A stretch of DNA of 64,000 nucleotides from a virus: IMG/VR virus record IMGVR_UViG_3300009129_001089; one strand, 5' to 3'. The notes under the pieces are model-generated. The model saw nothing but the letters and a program-made list of their open reading frames with translations. It had not been told where the DNA came from and did not search any database. Positions 39,081-49,922 of the stretch are shown piece by piece. The position numbers were made by a program, and so were the translations under genes. How positions within the stretch are numbered: position 1 is the stretch's first letter; every line of letters begins with the position of its first letter.

Positions 39081-39278
39081 TTAGACTTGCGTTTTCCTAT
39101 CTTCTTCTTCATATTCTACCCATTGCATTAATTGTTCTTCACCTGTCCATTTGGCAGAAACTACTGGATAATTTTTCCATGCTCGTCGAACAGCATCTTC
39201 ACCGCCCCGACATAATACCTTTGATCCGTCTTCTAATGTTAACTCTACTACTTTAACTGTCTTTGAATGCATTGTCAA
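39081..39278 (-). CDS. Hypothetical protein
   Basis: ORF on the coding strand. Confidence 0.6.
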   Translation of the reverse strand: MTMHSKTVKVVELTLEDGSKVLCRGGEDAVRRAWKNYPVVSAKWTGEEQLMQWVEYEEEDRKTQV

Positions 39279-39279
39279 G

Positions 39280-40245
39280 TTATTTTAATTTGGCCTCAAA
39301 TTCTCTTAAACGCCTATAAACACTCATTAATTCAATAATAGTAGGCCATGCTTTTAATAGATATTGCATCGATCCTTCTACTCTACCAAATGCTCTTATT
39401 ATTTGTTGCATTACACCTAGAGTCATTACTCCTGCAACTATTGCTGGTGCTAGGAATACATAAGCGGATAATACATTTGCTTGTAAGTAAGCCATTCGAC
39501 CAATATTAAAATATAGATAACGTATATAACTTAAAAAATGAATTTTACGAACATCATCAAAGAATTCTTCTATTTTCTTTGGTCTAACAGTTCCATCATC
39601 TTCTGCAATAACAAGTATTTTTCTATATGCCGCTTCTTTTGCTTGTATATCATATTCTATACCAACTAAACGCAATATCCACCCTAATCCAATTAAAAAG
39701 GCAGTACCACCTAATGTCCAAAGTAACGCACCTGCAATCAATCCATATTCCCAATCACCAAAAAAGAATATTGGAATACCCAATGATAATCCAAATAATA
39801 TAGGAACAAACTGAACTAAAACCATAACTGATTCGATTAAAGATGTTCCTAAACTTTCCATTATACGACTAAATTTAATTGTATCTTCTTGAACTCTTTG
39901 CGATGCACCTTCTATTTTTCTGGCTTTGTCATACACACTATGATACCATTCAACCATTGCTGTACGCCATCTAAACAAATAGTGAGCTGTAAAAAAACTT
40001 ATTACAACATAGAGTCCAACATATATTCCTGCTAGTGTAATAAATGACAATAAACTTGCAAAATATTCTTCTATTGTAATTGCATTTGGTGTAGCAAGTG
40101 CTTTTTGAATCATATCATAAAATTGACCAAACCATTCATTTATTTTTACATCAATCTTTACTTGAACCCAAAGTGATCCTAAAATAATTATTGAGCCAAG
40201 CCAAGACCATAACAACCATTTTTTATTTAAAAAAAATCTAAACAT
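39280..40245 (-). CDS. SbmA/BacA-like peptide transporter
   Basis: INEWFGQFYDMIQ, FRWRTAM, IEGASQRVQEDT, EAAYRK..V..ED. Confidence 0.88.
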   Translation of the reverse strand: MFRFFLNKKWLLWSWLGSIIILGSLWVQVKIDVKINEWFGQFYDMIQKALATPNAITIEEYFASLLSFITLAGIYVGLYVVISFFTAHYLFRWRTAMVEWYHSVYDKARKIEGASQRVQEDTIKFSRIMESLGTSLIESVMVLVQFVPILFGLSLGIPIFFFGDWEYGLIAGALLWTLGGTAFLIGLGWILRLVGIEYDIQAKEAAYRKILVIAEDDGTVRPKKIEEFFDDVRKIHFLSYIRYLYFNIGRMAYLQANVLSAYVFLAPAIVAGVMTLGVMQQIIRAFGRVEGSMQYLLKAWPTIIELMSVYRRLREFEAKLK

Positions 40246-40495
40246 AATATCTCTCTATTTCTTTCTCAACTTCATTTATTGCTTTCAAGTATTCTTCTTT
40301 ATTTTCGCCTGAAGTGTTTACTTGTGATAAGCGAAATTTTAAATCTTTTAAAGTTAGCGACACCTCACCTGCTGTAAAACATTTTTTCCATTCCATAACT
40401 GCTTTAACAACAGGTTTTTGTTGGTCGTATATAATTCTTGTTCGTTTAAAATACGGATCCAATTTGTTAATCCCTTGATAGTATACACCTATCAT
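40238..40495 (-). CDS. Hypothetical protein
   Basis: ORF with GAGG SD. Confidence 0.6.
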   Translation of the reverse strand: MIGVYYQGINKLDPYFKRTRIIYDQQKPVVKAVMEWKKCFTAGEVSLTLKDLKFRLSQVNTSGENKEEYLKAINEVEKEIERYYV

Positions 40496-40633
40496 GTTCC
40501 TCTTGGTGGTTTAGGTCCTCCATTTTCTATCCATTCTATTAAACTATACACAATGGCTATTTCTAAAGAAGTCCACATTATATTACCACCTGCTAATCCG
40601 ACAAAAAGTAGTATACATATACCTATAACGTAT

Positions 40634-40939
40634 TTAATCATTTATTCTATATAGTGTGTACTTAACGGTAAGTTCTTCGTTATCTTTGATATCTTTAATA
40701 GCAACTAAATGATAATGATTAGTAACCAAATCTTTCCATTTGATTATATTAGGTTCTTCTGAATGATTAATAAATCCGCCTAATGGAGTTCTAATCCAAC
40801 CGTCTTCAAAATCTGCATTATATACATGTGATATGCCTAAATTTGTTCCTTTTGAAATAGAACAGGTAGTAAATAGTCCTAACCCTTCAATATTTGATTT
40901 TTTAATAGTTAGACTATCTAGCAATGGTTTATACATCAT
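40634..40939 (-). CDS. SET-domain protein
   Basis: S.I.GLGLF, GGFINHS..PN, ELTVKY. Confidence 0.88.
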   Translation of the reverse strand: MMYKPLLDSLTIKKSNIEGLGLFTTCSISKGTNLGISHVYNADFEDGWIRTPLGGFINHSEEPNIIKWKDLVTNHYHLVAIKDIKDNEELTVKYTLYRIND

Positions 40940-41640
40940 GTATTTATTTTAGAAAAATAAATGTAATGGACTCCATTTTCGTCATGCGAGGTATCCCATA
41001 ATACTTCGTCTGGATTAAACAATCCGTCTATTAGTTTTTTTATTAGTTTATGATTTAAACCATAAACTGGTATTTTACCTTTTACTCCTGACATAAATTG
41101 ATCATCTCCTAAATCAAAATAAAATATAGGAGTAGTATTATCGTCATTATATTCATCGGGCACATGAAACAATCTAAAAAATAATTTACCATTAGGCTTG
41201 AGTATTCTATAATACTGATTTATTATTTTTTGATGTTGCATAGGATGATTGCAATGAAGACATCCTACATCTATTATAGCATCAAACATTTCATTTGTAA
41301 AGTCCAAATATGCCGCATCTTGTGCAGAAAAAACAACATCAGGAAATTCTTTTTGTGCATTATCTATTGCTGTTTGGGATATATCAACACCATAAACATT
41401 ATTAAATTGTTCTAATAATCTTATGTTTTTTCCTTCTCCGCATCCACTGTCTAATATTGTAATATCTTTAGAAAAATTATAATGCTTCAAAAACCATTTT
41501 ACATGAGGATCTGGATCTTGTTTAGACGACCATATGTTACCAGGATCTTTAGCCGCAAAAAATGTTTCCCAATTTGTATTTGCACAATTGCTAGGACTAT
41601 CTACAAATGTTTTTCGTATTCCATCAAATTCTTTACTCAT
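40936..41640 (-). CDS. Class I SAM-dependent methyltransferase
   Basis: LDSGCGEG, GVDIS, D.GCLH, LKPNG. Confidence 0.9.
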   Translation of the reverse strand: MSKEFDGIRKTFVDSPSNCANTNWETFFAAKDPGNIWSSKQDPDPHVKWFLKHYNFSKDITILDSGCGEGKNIRLLEQFNNVYGVDISQTAIDNAQKEFPDVVFSAQDAAYLDFTNEMFDAIIDVGCLHCNHPMQHQKIINQYYRILKPNGKLFFRLFHVPDEYNDDNTTPIFYFDLGDDQFMSGVKGKIPVYGLNHKLIKKLIDGLFNPDEVLWDTSHDENGVHYIYFSKINT

Positions 41641-42433
41641 TCATAAACTCATCTAATATATCTTTTAAATAAACATCTAATAATATTTTCTGTCCTTTTT
41701 CGTTATGGTGATAATTATCCATTACTGTTATATCATCAAGTTCATAATTACGAGTGATATATTTACTAAATGATTGGTCTTTATAACATTTAAAGGCAGA
41801 TAACCTTTTTAGTTTTTCTAATGATAAACAGGTATCTGCTATACCTCCTTCGTTTTCTAGCCAACCATAAGGAAATATTAAAAATTTTGAATTTAAAGAA
41901 TCTATGTAACTTAAAATATGATCAATTTCTTTAACTGCAAAGTTTGATCTGGCATAATTTACTACACCAAATAACGGATCTCGTTTTGTTTTATCGTCTT
42001 CTTTGATCAAATTAAATCTTGTTTTAAGTTGCCATAAATTTATAAAATCTGGTAAATGTCCTTGACCCGAGTTTGACAAAATATCGTAATAGAAAAAATT
42101 CTCTTTGCTTTCTCGAATACCAAAAGTATATTCTTTATATAATACTTGTCTTGGTTCGCTTGATGATAATGATATTATAATTTTATCAAAAAAATCTAAT
42201 CCGTATTTGCTCTGTATTTCATCAATAAAAAATCTAGTTCCGTTTAAACCATCACCACCATGACAAAAAACATGTGTCTCAACATTATATTTTTTATGTA
42301 ATTCGTATGGCCATCCTTTAAAATGATCTATATTATAATCGTCTACAAATGTATCTATTGCTATTTGTTTTTTAGCAGGAATAGGATTATATTCGCCGGC
42401 TACAAAACTGCAACCTATTATTGCTATTCTCAT
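41633..42433 (-). CDS. SGNH-like protein
   Basis: GCSF, GW, DNYH; paralog-like to 22228..22884. Confidence 0.5.
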   Translation of the reverse strand: MRIAIIGCSFVAGEYNPIPAKKQIAIDTFVDDYNIDHFKGWPYELHKKYNVETHVFCHGGDGLNGTRFFIDEIQSKYGLDFFDKIIISLSSSEPRQVLYKEYTFGIRESKENFFYYDILSNSGQGHLPDFINLWQLKTRFNLIKEDDKTKRDPLFGVVNYARSNFAVKEIDHILSYIDSLNSKFLIFPYGWLENEGGIADTCLSLEKLKRLSAFKCYKDQSFSKYITRNYELDDITVMDNYHHNEKGQKILLDVYLKDILDEFMNE

Positions 42434-42996
42434 TTTATAAGTTGTTTAATTACATACGGATACATAAAATGTTCGACATAAGTGTGTATCATTTTTTTTA
42501 CTTCATCTAATGGCATATCTTGTAATTGCATTGCTCGTTGCTCAATTATTGCTCCGCCATCTACTTCTGATGTTACCCAATGTACAGTAGCACCAAATAC
42601 TGTACAACCATAATTGTATGCGTCTTCGATTGCATTTGTTGATCCTTTAAATGCGGGAAGCAAAGACGGGTGTATGTTAATTATTTTACCTGCCCATTTA
42701 TCACAAAACCAATGGGATAAAATTCGCATCCAGCCAGCAAGTACAATTAAATCAGGCTTAAACTTATCTGGTCCGGTACCCCCAAGTGCAAAGTCTATCT
42801 TTTTATCGTACTCTTCTCGTGTTTCCCCTTTATAATGTTTAATTAAACAAGAACTTACCCCAGCATCCTTTGCTCGGTTAATTACTCCTGCATTAGGATT
42901 ATTTGTAATTACTTGATCTACTTCTATATCATTATTAACAATGGCACTAAAATTTGAGCCTTCTCCAGAAGCCATTACTATTATTTTTTTACTCAT
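42430..42996 (-). CDS. purN: Phosphoribosylglycinamide formyltransferase
   Basis: SGEGSN, LAGWMRIL, INIHPSLLP, GATVHWV..VDGG. Confidence 0.95.
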   Translation of the reverse strand: MSKKIIVMASGEGSNFSAIVNNDIEVDQVITNNPNAGVINRAKDAGVSSCLIKHYKGETREEYDKKIDFALGGTGPDKFKPDLIVLAGWMRILSHWFCDKWAGKIINIHPSLLPAFKGSTNAIEDAYNYGCTVFGATVHWVTSEVDGGAIIEQRAMQLQDMPLDEVKKMIHTYVEHFMYPYVIKQLIK

Positions 42997-43022
42997 AACT
43001 TTCGTATAATTCTTCTACTTGA

Positions 43023-44348
43023 TCAGGCAAATCCCCGCAACTCGTAAGAAGTGCAAGGAGTACTAAAAACTTTATGAAATATGTAATCCACATTCTTTGT
43101 ATAATATCCTACATTAAAAATATCGTTTACTTCGTCCATAGATAAAACGTTATTTGCTATTAAATTATCTTTAAATGCGCCATCACCATGGGCGGCAGTT
43201 TGTACTTCTTTATACGCTTGTTCTCTTGTTAAGCCCTTATTATTAATTAAAAAGAGAAGAACTTGTTGAGAATAAACTAAACCGCCAGTAATATTCAGAT
43301 TTTCTTGCATTCGCTTTGTATTTACTTCCATATTTATAACAACTTTTGTAAGCCGTGTTAATGCAAATGATACATAAGAAAATGTATCAGGTAAAGTAAT
43401 ACGTTCGACACTTGAATGGCTAATATCTCTTTCGTGCCATAATGCTATATTATCTAATGATGGTGCGACTGCACTTTTTATAAGTCTTGCAAGTCCTGTT
43501 AAGTTTTCTGTTAATATAGGATTCTTTTTGTGTGGCATTGCACTAGAACCTTTTTGTCCTTTAGTAAATTGTTCTATTACTTCGCCTACTTCAGTACGTT
43601 GTAAATGTCTTATTTCAACTGCTAAGTTTTCTATACAGCCACCTATAATTCCTAAGTAACTCATTAATAACGCAAAACGATCTCGCGGAACAACTTGCGT
43701 ACTAACATCTTCAGCTAACATGCCAAGTTCGTCTGCTAAGTATTCTTCTATTTTTGGGTCAATAACAGAATAAGTTCCTACTGCTCCACTACATTTTACT
43801 CTACAAATATCATGTTCTGCCTGCTCCAATAACTTTAAGCATCTTTGAAATGCTCTGTAATGCCCTAATAATTTTAATCCAAACGTTGTTGGTTCTGCGT
43901 GTATACCATGCGATCTACCTACACATACTGTATTTTTATGATCTTCTGCTCGTTGTTCTAATACACTTACAATGCTTTTTAAAGCATCTTCTATAACAAT
44001 TAATGATTGTTTTATTTGCAAGGCATTGCAAGTGTCTAATAAATCTTGACTTGTCATGCCCATGTGTATATACTTTGCATTAGGACCTATCATATTAGAA
44101 CAATGGGTTAAAAACGCTAATACATCATGTTTAGTTGTCTTTTCTATTTCATTTATTTTTTCAACAAAATTTCCACTTTCAACACAAAGCCATCTGCATT
44201 TGCGTATATCGTTTACTGCTTCTTTAGGAATGTTTCCATATTTTGCTTGTGCTTCACAAACAATTTCCTCAATATCAAACCAATGTTGAAATCTACTTTC
44301 GTCTGACCAAATATTTTCTATATCAGGGCATGTATATCTTTTATGCAT
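43023..44348 (-). CDS. purB: Adenylosuccinate lyase
   Basis: KHDV, GRSHGIHAEP, GSSAMPHKKNP, WHERDISHS. Confidence 0.96.
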   Translation of the reverse strand: MHKRYTCPDIENIWSDESRFQHWFDIEEIVCEAQAKYGNIPKEAVNDIRKCRWLCVESGNFVEKINEIEKTTKHDVLAFLTHCSNMIGPNAKYIHMGMTSQDLLDTCNALQIKQSLIVIEDALKSIVSVLEQRAEDHKNTVCVGRSHGIHAEPTTFGLKLLGHYRAFQRCLKLLEQAEHDICRVKCSGAVGTYSVIDPKIEEYLADELGMLAEDVSTQVVPRDRFALLMSYLGIIGGCIENLAVEIRHLQRTEVGEVIEQFTKGQKGSSAMPHKKNPILTENLTGLARLIKSAVAPSLDNIALWHERDISHSSVERITLPDTFSYVSFALTRLTKVVINMEVNTKRMQENLNITGGLVYSQQVLLFLINNKGLTREQAYKEVQTAAHGDGAFKDNLIANNVLSMDEVNDIFNVGYYTKNVDYIFHKVFSTPCTSYELRGFA

Positions 44349-44952
44349 TAAAGTCTTCTAGTATTTTGAATCCGTCTTGTGAGCAATGATAAGTTTCAAA
44401 TGCTCGTTCCGGATGTGGCATCATACCTAATACATTATTATTACGTATTCCACAAATGCCCATTGTGGAACCATTTGGATTGTTTTTACGCAAATAATAT
44501 GAATATGCTACTTTTTGTTCTTCTACTAACTTTGCAGGGTTAGGGTGATAGTAATTACCTTCTGCATGAGCAATAGGTATTCTACGTTGATAGTGTACAG
44601 GCCAAGTAATTATATCCATTGGCTTACATATAAATTTTTCTGTACTGTTTATTCGTAACGTTCCTGGTAACAAACCTGCTTCACATAATATTTGAAATCC
44701 GTTGCAAATGCCTAGTATTTTTCTATCTGTTTTTTTAAGTTCTTTTATAACAGGACTAAGATTTGCTATTGCACCTGCACGTAAATAATCACCATAACTA
44801 AAGCCTCCTGGTATTACATACATATCAACTTTTGGTAATGTTGTTTCTTTGTGCCAGACACGTATAGGTTTAATTCCTGTATGTGCATACAAGAATCTTT
44901 CCATTTCATTATCGCAGTTACTACCTGGAAATATTATAATCGCTGTTTTCAT
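44341..44952 (-). CDS. purQ: FGAM synthase glutaminase subunit
   Basis: [31 protein letters not shown]. Confidence 0.96.
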   Translation of the reverse strand: MKTAIIIFPGSNCDNEMERFLYAHTGIKPIRVWHKETTLPKVDMYVIPGGFSYGDYLRAGAIANLSPVIKELKKTDRKILGICNGFQILCEAGLLPGTLRINSTEKFICKPMDIITWPVHYQRRIPIAHAEGNYYHPNPAKLVEEQKVAYSYYLRKNNPNGSTMGICGIRNNNVLGMMPHPERAFETYHCSQDGFKILEDFNA

Positions 44953-46492
44953 AATTTTCTATTAATCCTACTCCACCTATTACTGGTGTTGGCATAATGC
45001 CTTTACCTAAAGTTTCGTTATAAAAACTTACATTACCACTAACAACCGGAAATTCTAATTCTTTACATATTTCTGCCATGCCTAAACATACTTCTTTAAA
45101 GTCATGCATAACATTTGGATTTTCCGGATTACCAAAATTTAAACAATTTGTTATACCTAACGGTTTTGCATTTACAGATAATAACTTATTATAACAATCA
45201 TATATAATATATCTAATCCCACTTCTAGGATTATAATGGCAAAATGGGGCACTACTCATAGTTGTCATTGCTATTGCTTTTTTACTATTTGGTATCCTAA
45301 CAATAGCAGGATCTGCTTGTGGTCCTTGTATTGTATTCCCTATTACTTGCGAATCATATTGCTCCCATACCCAATTCATATCAAAATCTGTTACTATAGG
45401 TATATCTATAAATTCTGATTTATAAGGCTCTACTGGTCGTTGTAATTCAGGTGCATCTAATGCTTCTAGTGGTACATCACATACTACTTTATCTTTAACA
45501 CGAACAGTATAATTATTTGTATCTGTTAGTGTTCCTATTTCGACATAATCTAAATCCCATTTATTAAATATACTTTCTACTTCTGCATCAGGATTTAAAA
45601 CAAATAACATTCGTTCTTGGCTTTCGCTTAAAAGTATCTCCCAAGGTTCCATTTTTTCTTCTCTTAAAGGAATTTTTGATATATCAATATCAATACCATA
45701 ATTTCCTTTAAGTGCTACTTCCGAAGTTGAAGAAAGTATACCTGCCGCACCCATATCCTGTGCCGCAATTACTGTGCCTGTTTCAAATAATTCTAATGAT
45801 GCTTCTAGTAATAGTTTTTCTTGAAATGGATCGCCTACTTGTACTGTAGGGCGTTTAACCTCACATTCAGTAAATTCCTCGCTTGCCATAATAGCACCAC
45901 CTATACCATCACGCCCTGTTTTAGCACCTACATAAACAACAATGCCTTTTTTATTTGGAATACTTGTAAATATTTCTTTATTAGTATAACCTACTGTCAT
46001 AGCATTTACAAGAGGATTTTCAGCATAACAATCAAAAAAATGGCATTTGCTACTAACAGTAGGAACCCCGACACAATTCCCATAATCAGCAATCCCTTTA
46101 ACCACTCCATCAATAACTCTCCTATCGTCTGTTGAACCAAAATGTAACGAATTTAAATTTGCAATAGGTCGAGCCCCCATTGTAAAAACATCACGCATGA
46201 TGCCGCCTACTCCTGTTGCGGCTCCTTGATAAGGTTCTATATAACTAGGATGATTATGACTCTCTATTTTAAAAACTAGTTTATCACCGTCACCTATATT
46301 GACTACACCTGCATTTTCACCAGGGCCAGATATGACTTGCTTGCCTTCAGTGTATAATTGTTTTAGCCAAAATTTAGAACTTTTATAAGAGCAATGTTCA
46401 CTCCACATTGCATCAAATACATGAGTTTCGGTTACGTTAGGTGCCCGACCTAATCTTTCGTCTATTAATTTTATTTCGTCATTCGTTAACAT
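44921..46492 (-). CDS. purL: FGAM synthase subunit PurL (short, 523 aa)
   Basis: [45 protein letters not shown]. Confidence 0.93.
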   Translation of the reverse strand: MLTNDEIKLIDERLGRAPNVTETHVFDAMWSEHCSYKSSKFWLKQLYTEGKQVISGPGENAGVVNIGDGDKLVFKIESHNHPSYIEPYQGAATGVGGIMRDVFTMGARPIANLNSLHFGSTDDRRVIDGVVKGIADYGNCVGVPTVSSKCHFFDCYAENPLVNAMTVGYTNKEIFTSIPNKKGIVVYVGAKTGRDGIGGAIMASEEFTECEVKRPTVQVGDPFQEKLLLEASLELFETGTVIAAQDMGAAGILSSTSEVALKGNYGIDIDISKIPLREEKMEPWEILLSESQERMLFVLNPDAEVESIFNKWDLDYVEIGTLTDTNNYTVRVKDKVVCDVPLEALDAPELQRPVEPYKSEFIDIPIVTDFDMNWVWEQYDSQVIGNTIQGPQADPAIVRIPNSKKAIAMTTMSSAPFCHYNPRSGIRYIIYDCYNKLLSVNAKPLGITNCLNFGNPENPNVMHDFKEVCLGMAEICKELEFPVVSGNVSFYNETLGKGIMPTPVIGGVGLIENYENSDYNISR

Positions 46493-47135
46493 GTTTTTCC
46501 CAATTTACATAACTTAATTGTCTATCATTACCTAATTCTTTAGCAAATGTATTAAACGCCAAAGTGTATCTAATATCATTTTGCTGATTAATATTAACAG
46601 AATGCATTATATCTGATGGAAACATAATTAAGTCTCCATTGGTCATTGGTGCATCTACATATTCTGCATTCATACTATTATGGGTAGACTGTTGTAATTG
46701 AATCATAGGTAGATGCCTATTATAAAATTGCGTAGGAGGCATTGAGCTGGTTACATTTAAATAAAATATTCCACTAATAATACTATTTTGATGATGGTGC
46801 GTCGGATGGCCTGCCCCGGACTCATTTTTATTAACCCAAGAATTTGTAATAATCAATTCTGTTTTGGTAGAAATAACATCTATTGCATAATTTTTTATTT
46901 TTTCTTCAATCCAATTTTTAATTTTAGATAATTTTTTATGCCGTAATATGTACGAATCTTCTGTTTTACAATTTCCGTTATATGATCCTTCTTGTCTAAA
47001 TGGTAACTTTTGTATGTATTCAAATTCTTCATCATATGTATCAGGATATTTACTTACAAACATTGTAGTTGGAAAAACATGCAATATTGTATCATCGCCC
47101 TTAACAAATTTTGTTACATGATCTAATACATTCAT
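46479..47135 (-). CDS. 2OG-Fe(II) oxygenase (TIGR02466-like)
   Basis: SWVN, HHH.NS..SG..Y, FPS..MHSV, R.TLAFN. Confidence 0.88.
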   Translation of the reverse strand: MNVLDHVTKFVKGDDTILHVFPTTMFVSKYPDTYDEEFEYIQKLPFRQEGSYNGNCKTEDSYILRHKKLSKIKNWIEEKIKNYAIDVISTKTELIITNSWVNKNESGAGHPTHHHQNSIISGIFYLNVTSSMPPTQFYNRHLPMIQLQQSTHNSMNAEYVDAPMTNGDLIMFPSDIMHSVNINQQNDIRYTLAFNTFAKELGNDRQLSYVNWEKHVNE

Positions 47136-47350
47136 TCTTCCTCTATTTCATAATCATACAATAAGGTATTAACAAGAACTGTTTCGCATAATTCTTTAAT
47201 TTTATGATGAGGGGCATTAAAATAAAATACTTGTCCTACTTTCATATTTTCTACTTGCCATCCATTAGCATTTACGTTTAATGATATATTATCGCCTTGT
47301 ATATCTTTAATACCTTTTCTTAATTTTGTTGTGATTTTGTATTTTTTCAT
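47132..47350 (-). CDS. purS: FGAM synthase subunit PurS
   Basis: L..GI.D.QG, LVN.L...Y.I; size and operon context. Confidence 0.75.
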   Translation of the reverse strand: MKKYKITTKLRKGIKDIQGDNISLNVNANGWQVENMKVGQVFYFNAPHHKIKELCETVLVNTLLYDYEIEEE

Positions 47351-47351
47351 A

Positions 47352-47948
47352 TTAATAAATTTGTTCTATCTTATCGCATAATCCTAATTTTTTTGCTTCT
47401 TTAGCACCAAGCCAAACATCATGTGCAGGAAGTAAGTATTTTCTAATATCTGATTCTTTAAGACCAGTACATTTTTTATAATGATTGATCATACGCTCTG
47501 TTGTTAGTTCTAACTCTTTAACTCTAGCAAATAGTTCGTGTTCTTTTCCTATACTGCCCCATGAATATTGGTGCGATAAAATACTTGTGTTTGGTGTTAG
47601 AACTCGTCTACCTTTTGCACCAGTTATAAACATAAGTAATCCACACGAGGCAATCATGCCTAGTCCAACTGTTTTGATAGGAATTTTAGATCCTTTCATT
47701 ACATCTACTAATGCAAAACATGCATTAAGATCTCCGCCTCTAGAACATATACCTAATGTCAATTCTTTTTGCTTTTTTGGTTTATAATTTTCTGCAAGTA
47801 TCCAGTCAATTAACGGACTCATTGATTCTACTGTAACATCACCCATAAAAACCACTACACCATTCATTAATAGTTCCATTTTAGGAACCATTGCTTCAGG
47901 ACTTGACGGTCCTTGGGGAACTCCTTGATCTTCGTCTTCGTTTCTCAT
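47352..47948 (-). CDS. clpP: ClpP-like protease
   Basis: CSRGG, IASCG (catalytic Ser), SHQ, D.WL.A.EA...GL.D. Confidence 0.88.
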   Translation of the reverse strand: MRNEDEDQGVPQGPSSPEAMVPKMELLMNGVVVFMGDVTVESMSPLIDWILAENYKPKKQKELTLGICSRGGDLNACFALVDVMKGSKIPIKTVGLGMIASCGLLMFITGAKGRRVLTPNTSILSHQYSWGSIGKEHELFARVKELELTTERMINHYKKCTGLKESDIRKYLLPAHDVWLGAKEAKKLGLCDKIEQIY

Positions 47949-47957
47949 TTTATTCCT

Positions 47958-49001
47958 TTAAAATATTTTATTTTGTTGATTGTTTACCATTACAAAGGTT
48001 GTACATTTTGGAATATCTTTTATTCTTCTTGCACCAATCATTGTACATGCACTTCTAAGTCCGCCTAAAATATTTTTTACTGTATCTCTAACAGGCCCTC
48101 TTGAATCCATTGTAACTCGTTTACCTTCTGTACTAGTATAGCCATCTTTTCGAGATCCATGCACTTCTTTTGCACGATCAGAACTCATGCCGTAAAATTC
48201 ATATTTTCCATCTTGTTTTGGTAAATCGCATTCATCATGAAATGCCAGCATACCTCCTAACATAACAAAGTCTGCTCCCGCTCCAAATGCTTTTGTTATA
48301 TCACCCGGAACAGTACATCCACCATCTGCAATTATATATCCCCCCAAACCATGTGCGGCATCTGCACATTCCATTACTCCACTTATTTGTGGCATACCTA
48401 CTCCGGTTTGCTCTCGTGTTGTACATACACTACCTGGACCTATACCACATTTAACCACATCTGCACCCGATATACATAATTGCTCGGTCATTTCTCCAGT
48501 AATAACATTACCTGCAATTATAATTTTATCAGGAAAATCATCTCGTACTTTAACAACAAAATCTGCAAAATTTTGCTGATAACCATTTGCTACATCTATA
48601 CAAATAAATTTAACTTCTGGCCATTCTGTTAATACTGCTTTTGCAGTAGCATAATCTGTTGCGTTGTCGTCCCAAATAGCATTGGTACCTGTACTAACTA
48701 CTACATTATTTAAACGTAATCCTTTACTTGCCGCTTCTTTCCAGTCATCAAATGAATAATGCTTTCTAATTGTAGTAAGCATATTAAACTCTTGCAGTAC
48801 CATTGCCATCGAAAATGTACCTACCCCATCCATGTTTGATGACATAATAGGAGTACCTGCCCATTTTTGGGAAGATTCGTCCCAATGCCTAAACGTAAAC
48901 TCTCTTTCTAAGTTTATACTTCGTCTACTAGATATTGTAGAACGTTTAGGTTGTAATAATACATCTGAATAATCTAATTTTATTTCAGTGTCTACTCTCA
49001 T
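47958..49001 (-). CDS. guaC: GMP reductase
   Basis: SNMDGVGTF, DVANGY, GIGPGSVCTTR, FYGMSS, GGLRSACT. Confidence 0.93.
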   Translation of the reverse strand: MRVDTEIKLDYSDVLLQPKRSTISSRRSINLEREFTFRHWDESSQKWAGTPIMSSNMDGVGTFSMAMVLQEFNMLTTIRKHYSFDDWKEAASKGLRLNNVVVSTGTNAIWDDNATDYATAKAVLTEWPEVKFICIDVANGYQQNFADFVVKVRDDFPDKIIIAGNVITGEMTEQLCISGADVVKCGIGPGSVCTTREQTGVGMPQISGVMECADAAHGLGGYIIADGGCTVPGDITKAFGAGADFVMLGGMLAFHDECDLPKQDGKYEFYGMSSDRAKEVHGSRKDGYTSTEGKRVTMDSRGPVRDTVKNILGGLRSACTMIGARRIKDIPKCTTFVMVNNQQNKIF

Positions 49002-49420
49002 TATGCACCATATGGCTGTTCAAAGTTTATTATGTCTAGGATACGTTTTGCGTATAATGCGGCATTAATTGCACCATGCTTGCCAACTGACATACATGCA
49101 ACTGGTACACCTTTTGGCATTTGTACTATACTTAGTAAACTATCAATACCCATTAAATCACTTTTCATTGGTACACCTATTACTGGTAAATTTGTTTGGG
49201 ATGCAACCACACCTGGCAATGCGGCAGACATTCCTGCGGCCGCAATAATAATTTTATATCCGGATGCTTCCCATTTTTTAATATACTCGGTTACTTTTTC
49301 TGGATTTCTATGTGCAGATGCAGTAACTATTTCATTGCCGATATTTAATTCGTTTAATTTATCAACGCAATTATTCATCGTCTCTAGGTCGCTGTCGCTT
49401 CCCACTATTATTCCTATCAT
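49001..49420 (-). CDS. purE: PurE (N5-CAIR mutase/AIR carboxylase)
   Basis: GSDSD, SAHR, PVIGVP, SIVQMPKGVPV. Confidence 0.95.
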   Translation of the reverse strand: MIGIIVGSDSDLETMNNCVDKLNELNIGNEIVTASAHRNPEKVTEYIKKWEASGYKIIIAAAGMSAALPGVVASQTNLPVIGVPMKSDLMGIDSLLSIVQMPKGVPVACMSVGKHGAINAALYAKRILDIINFEQPYGA

Positions 49421-49589
49421 TTTTCTCCTTAGTTTGAAATTCTTCTAATATTTCAAGTAATCGTTTATATTGTTTAGATGTTAATTTTCTTAACTGTCCA
49501 ATACTTGCTCCATCAAACCCCATTTTATAAAGTTCATCATGTCCAATACCTGCTATCAAGGTAAGCCTCGTTCTTTTGCTTGAAACCAT
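49371..49589 (-). CDS. Hypothetical protein (start uncertain)
   Basis: ORF filling the gap in the operon. Confidence 0.4.
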   Translation of the reverse strand: MVSSKRTRLTLIAGIGHDELYKMGFDGASIGQLRKLTSKQYKRLLEILEEFQTKEKNDRNNSGKRQRPRDDE

Positions 49590-49915
49590 GATTCTGAATT
49601 ATATGATTTATCACAAATGTACATATCAAAATGTGGTTTATTTCCTACTTGTACATCATGGTATTTACATCCCCATTCTAGTAATTGACTTTTGGTTAAT
49701 TCTGTATGGTCTAATCCAGAATGGATACCACGGGCAGTCCAATAAACAATTTTATGACCTTCATCGTATAATTCGTTTATATGCTTAATTCTTTCTGGTT
49801 TCGGAGTTGCTTTTGTATAATCCATAGGTTGGTCATCAAAATTTGGCAACTCTGGATTATCACAAATAGTACCATCTACGTCAACGTAGATAATTTTATG
49901 TTTTTTTAATTTCAT
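49556..49915 (-). CDS. Minimal HAD-superfamily phosphatase
   Basis: DVDGT, WTAR, KP..D.YICD. Confidence 0.85.
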   Translation of the reverse strand: MKLKKHKIIYVDVDGTICDNPELPNFDDQPMDYTKATPKPERIKHINELYDEGHKIVYWTARGIHSGLDHTELTKSQLLEWGCKYHDVQVGNKPHFDMYICDKSYNSESWFQAKERGLP

Positions 49916-49922
49916 TTTTCCT

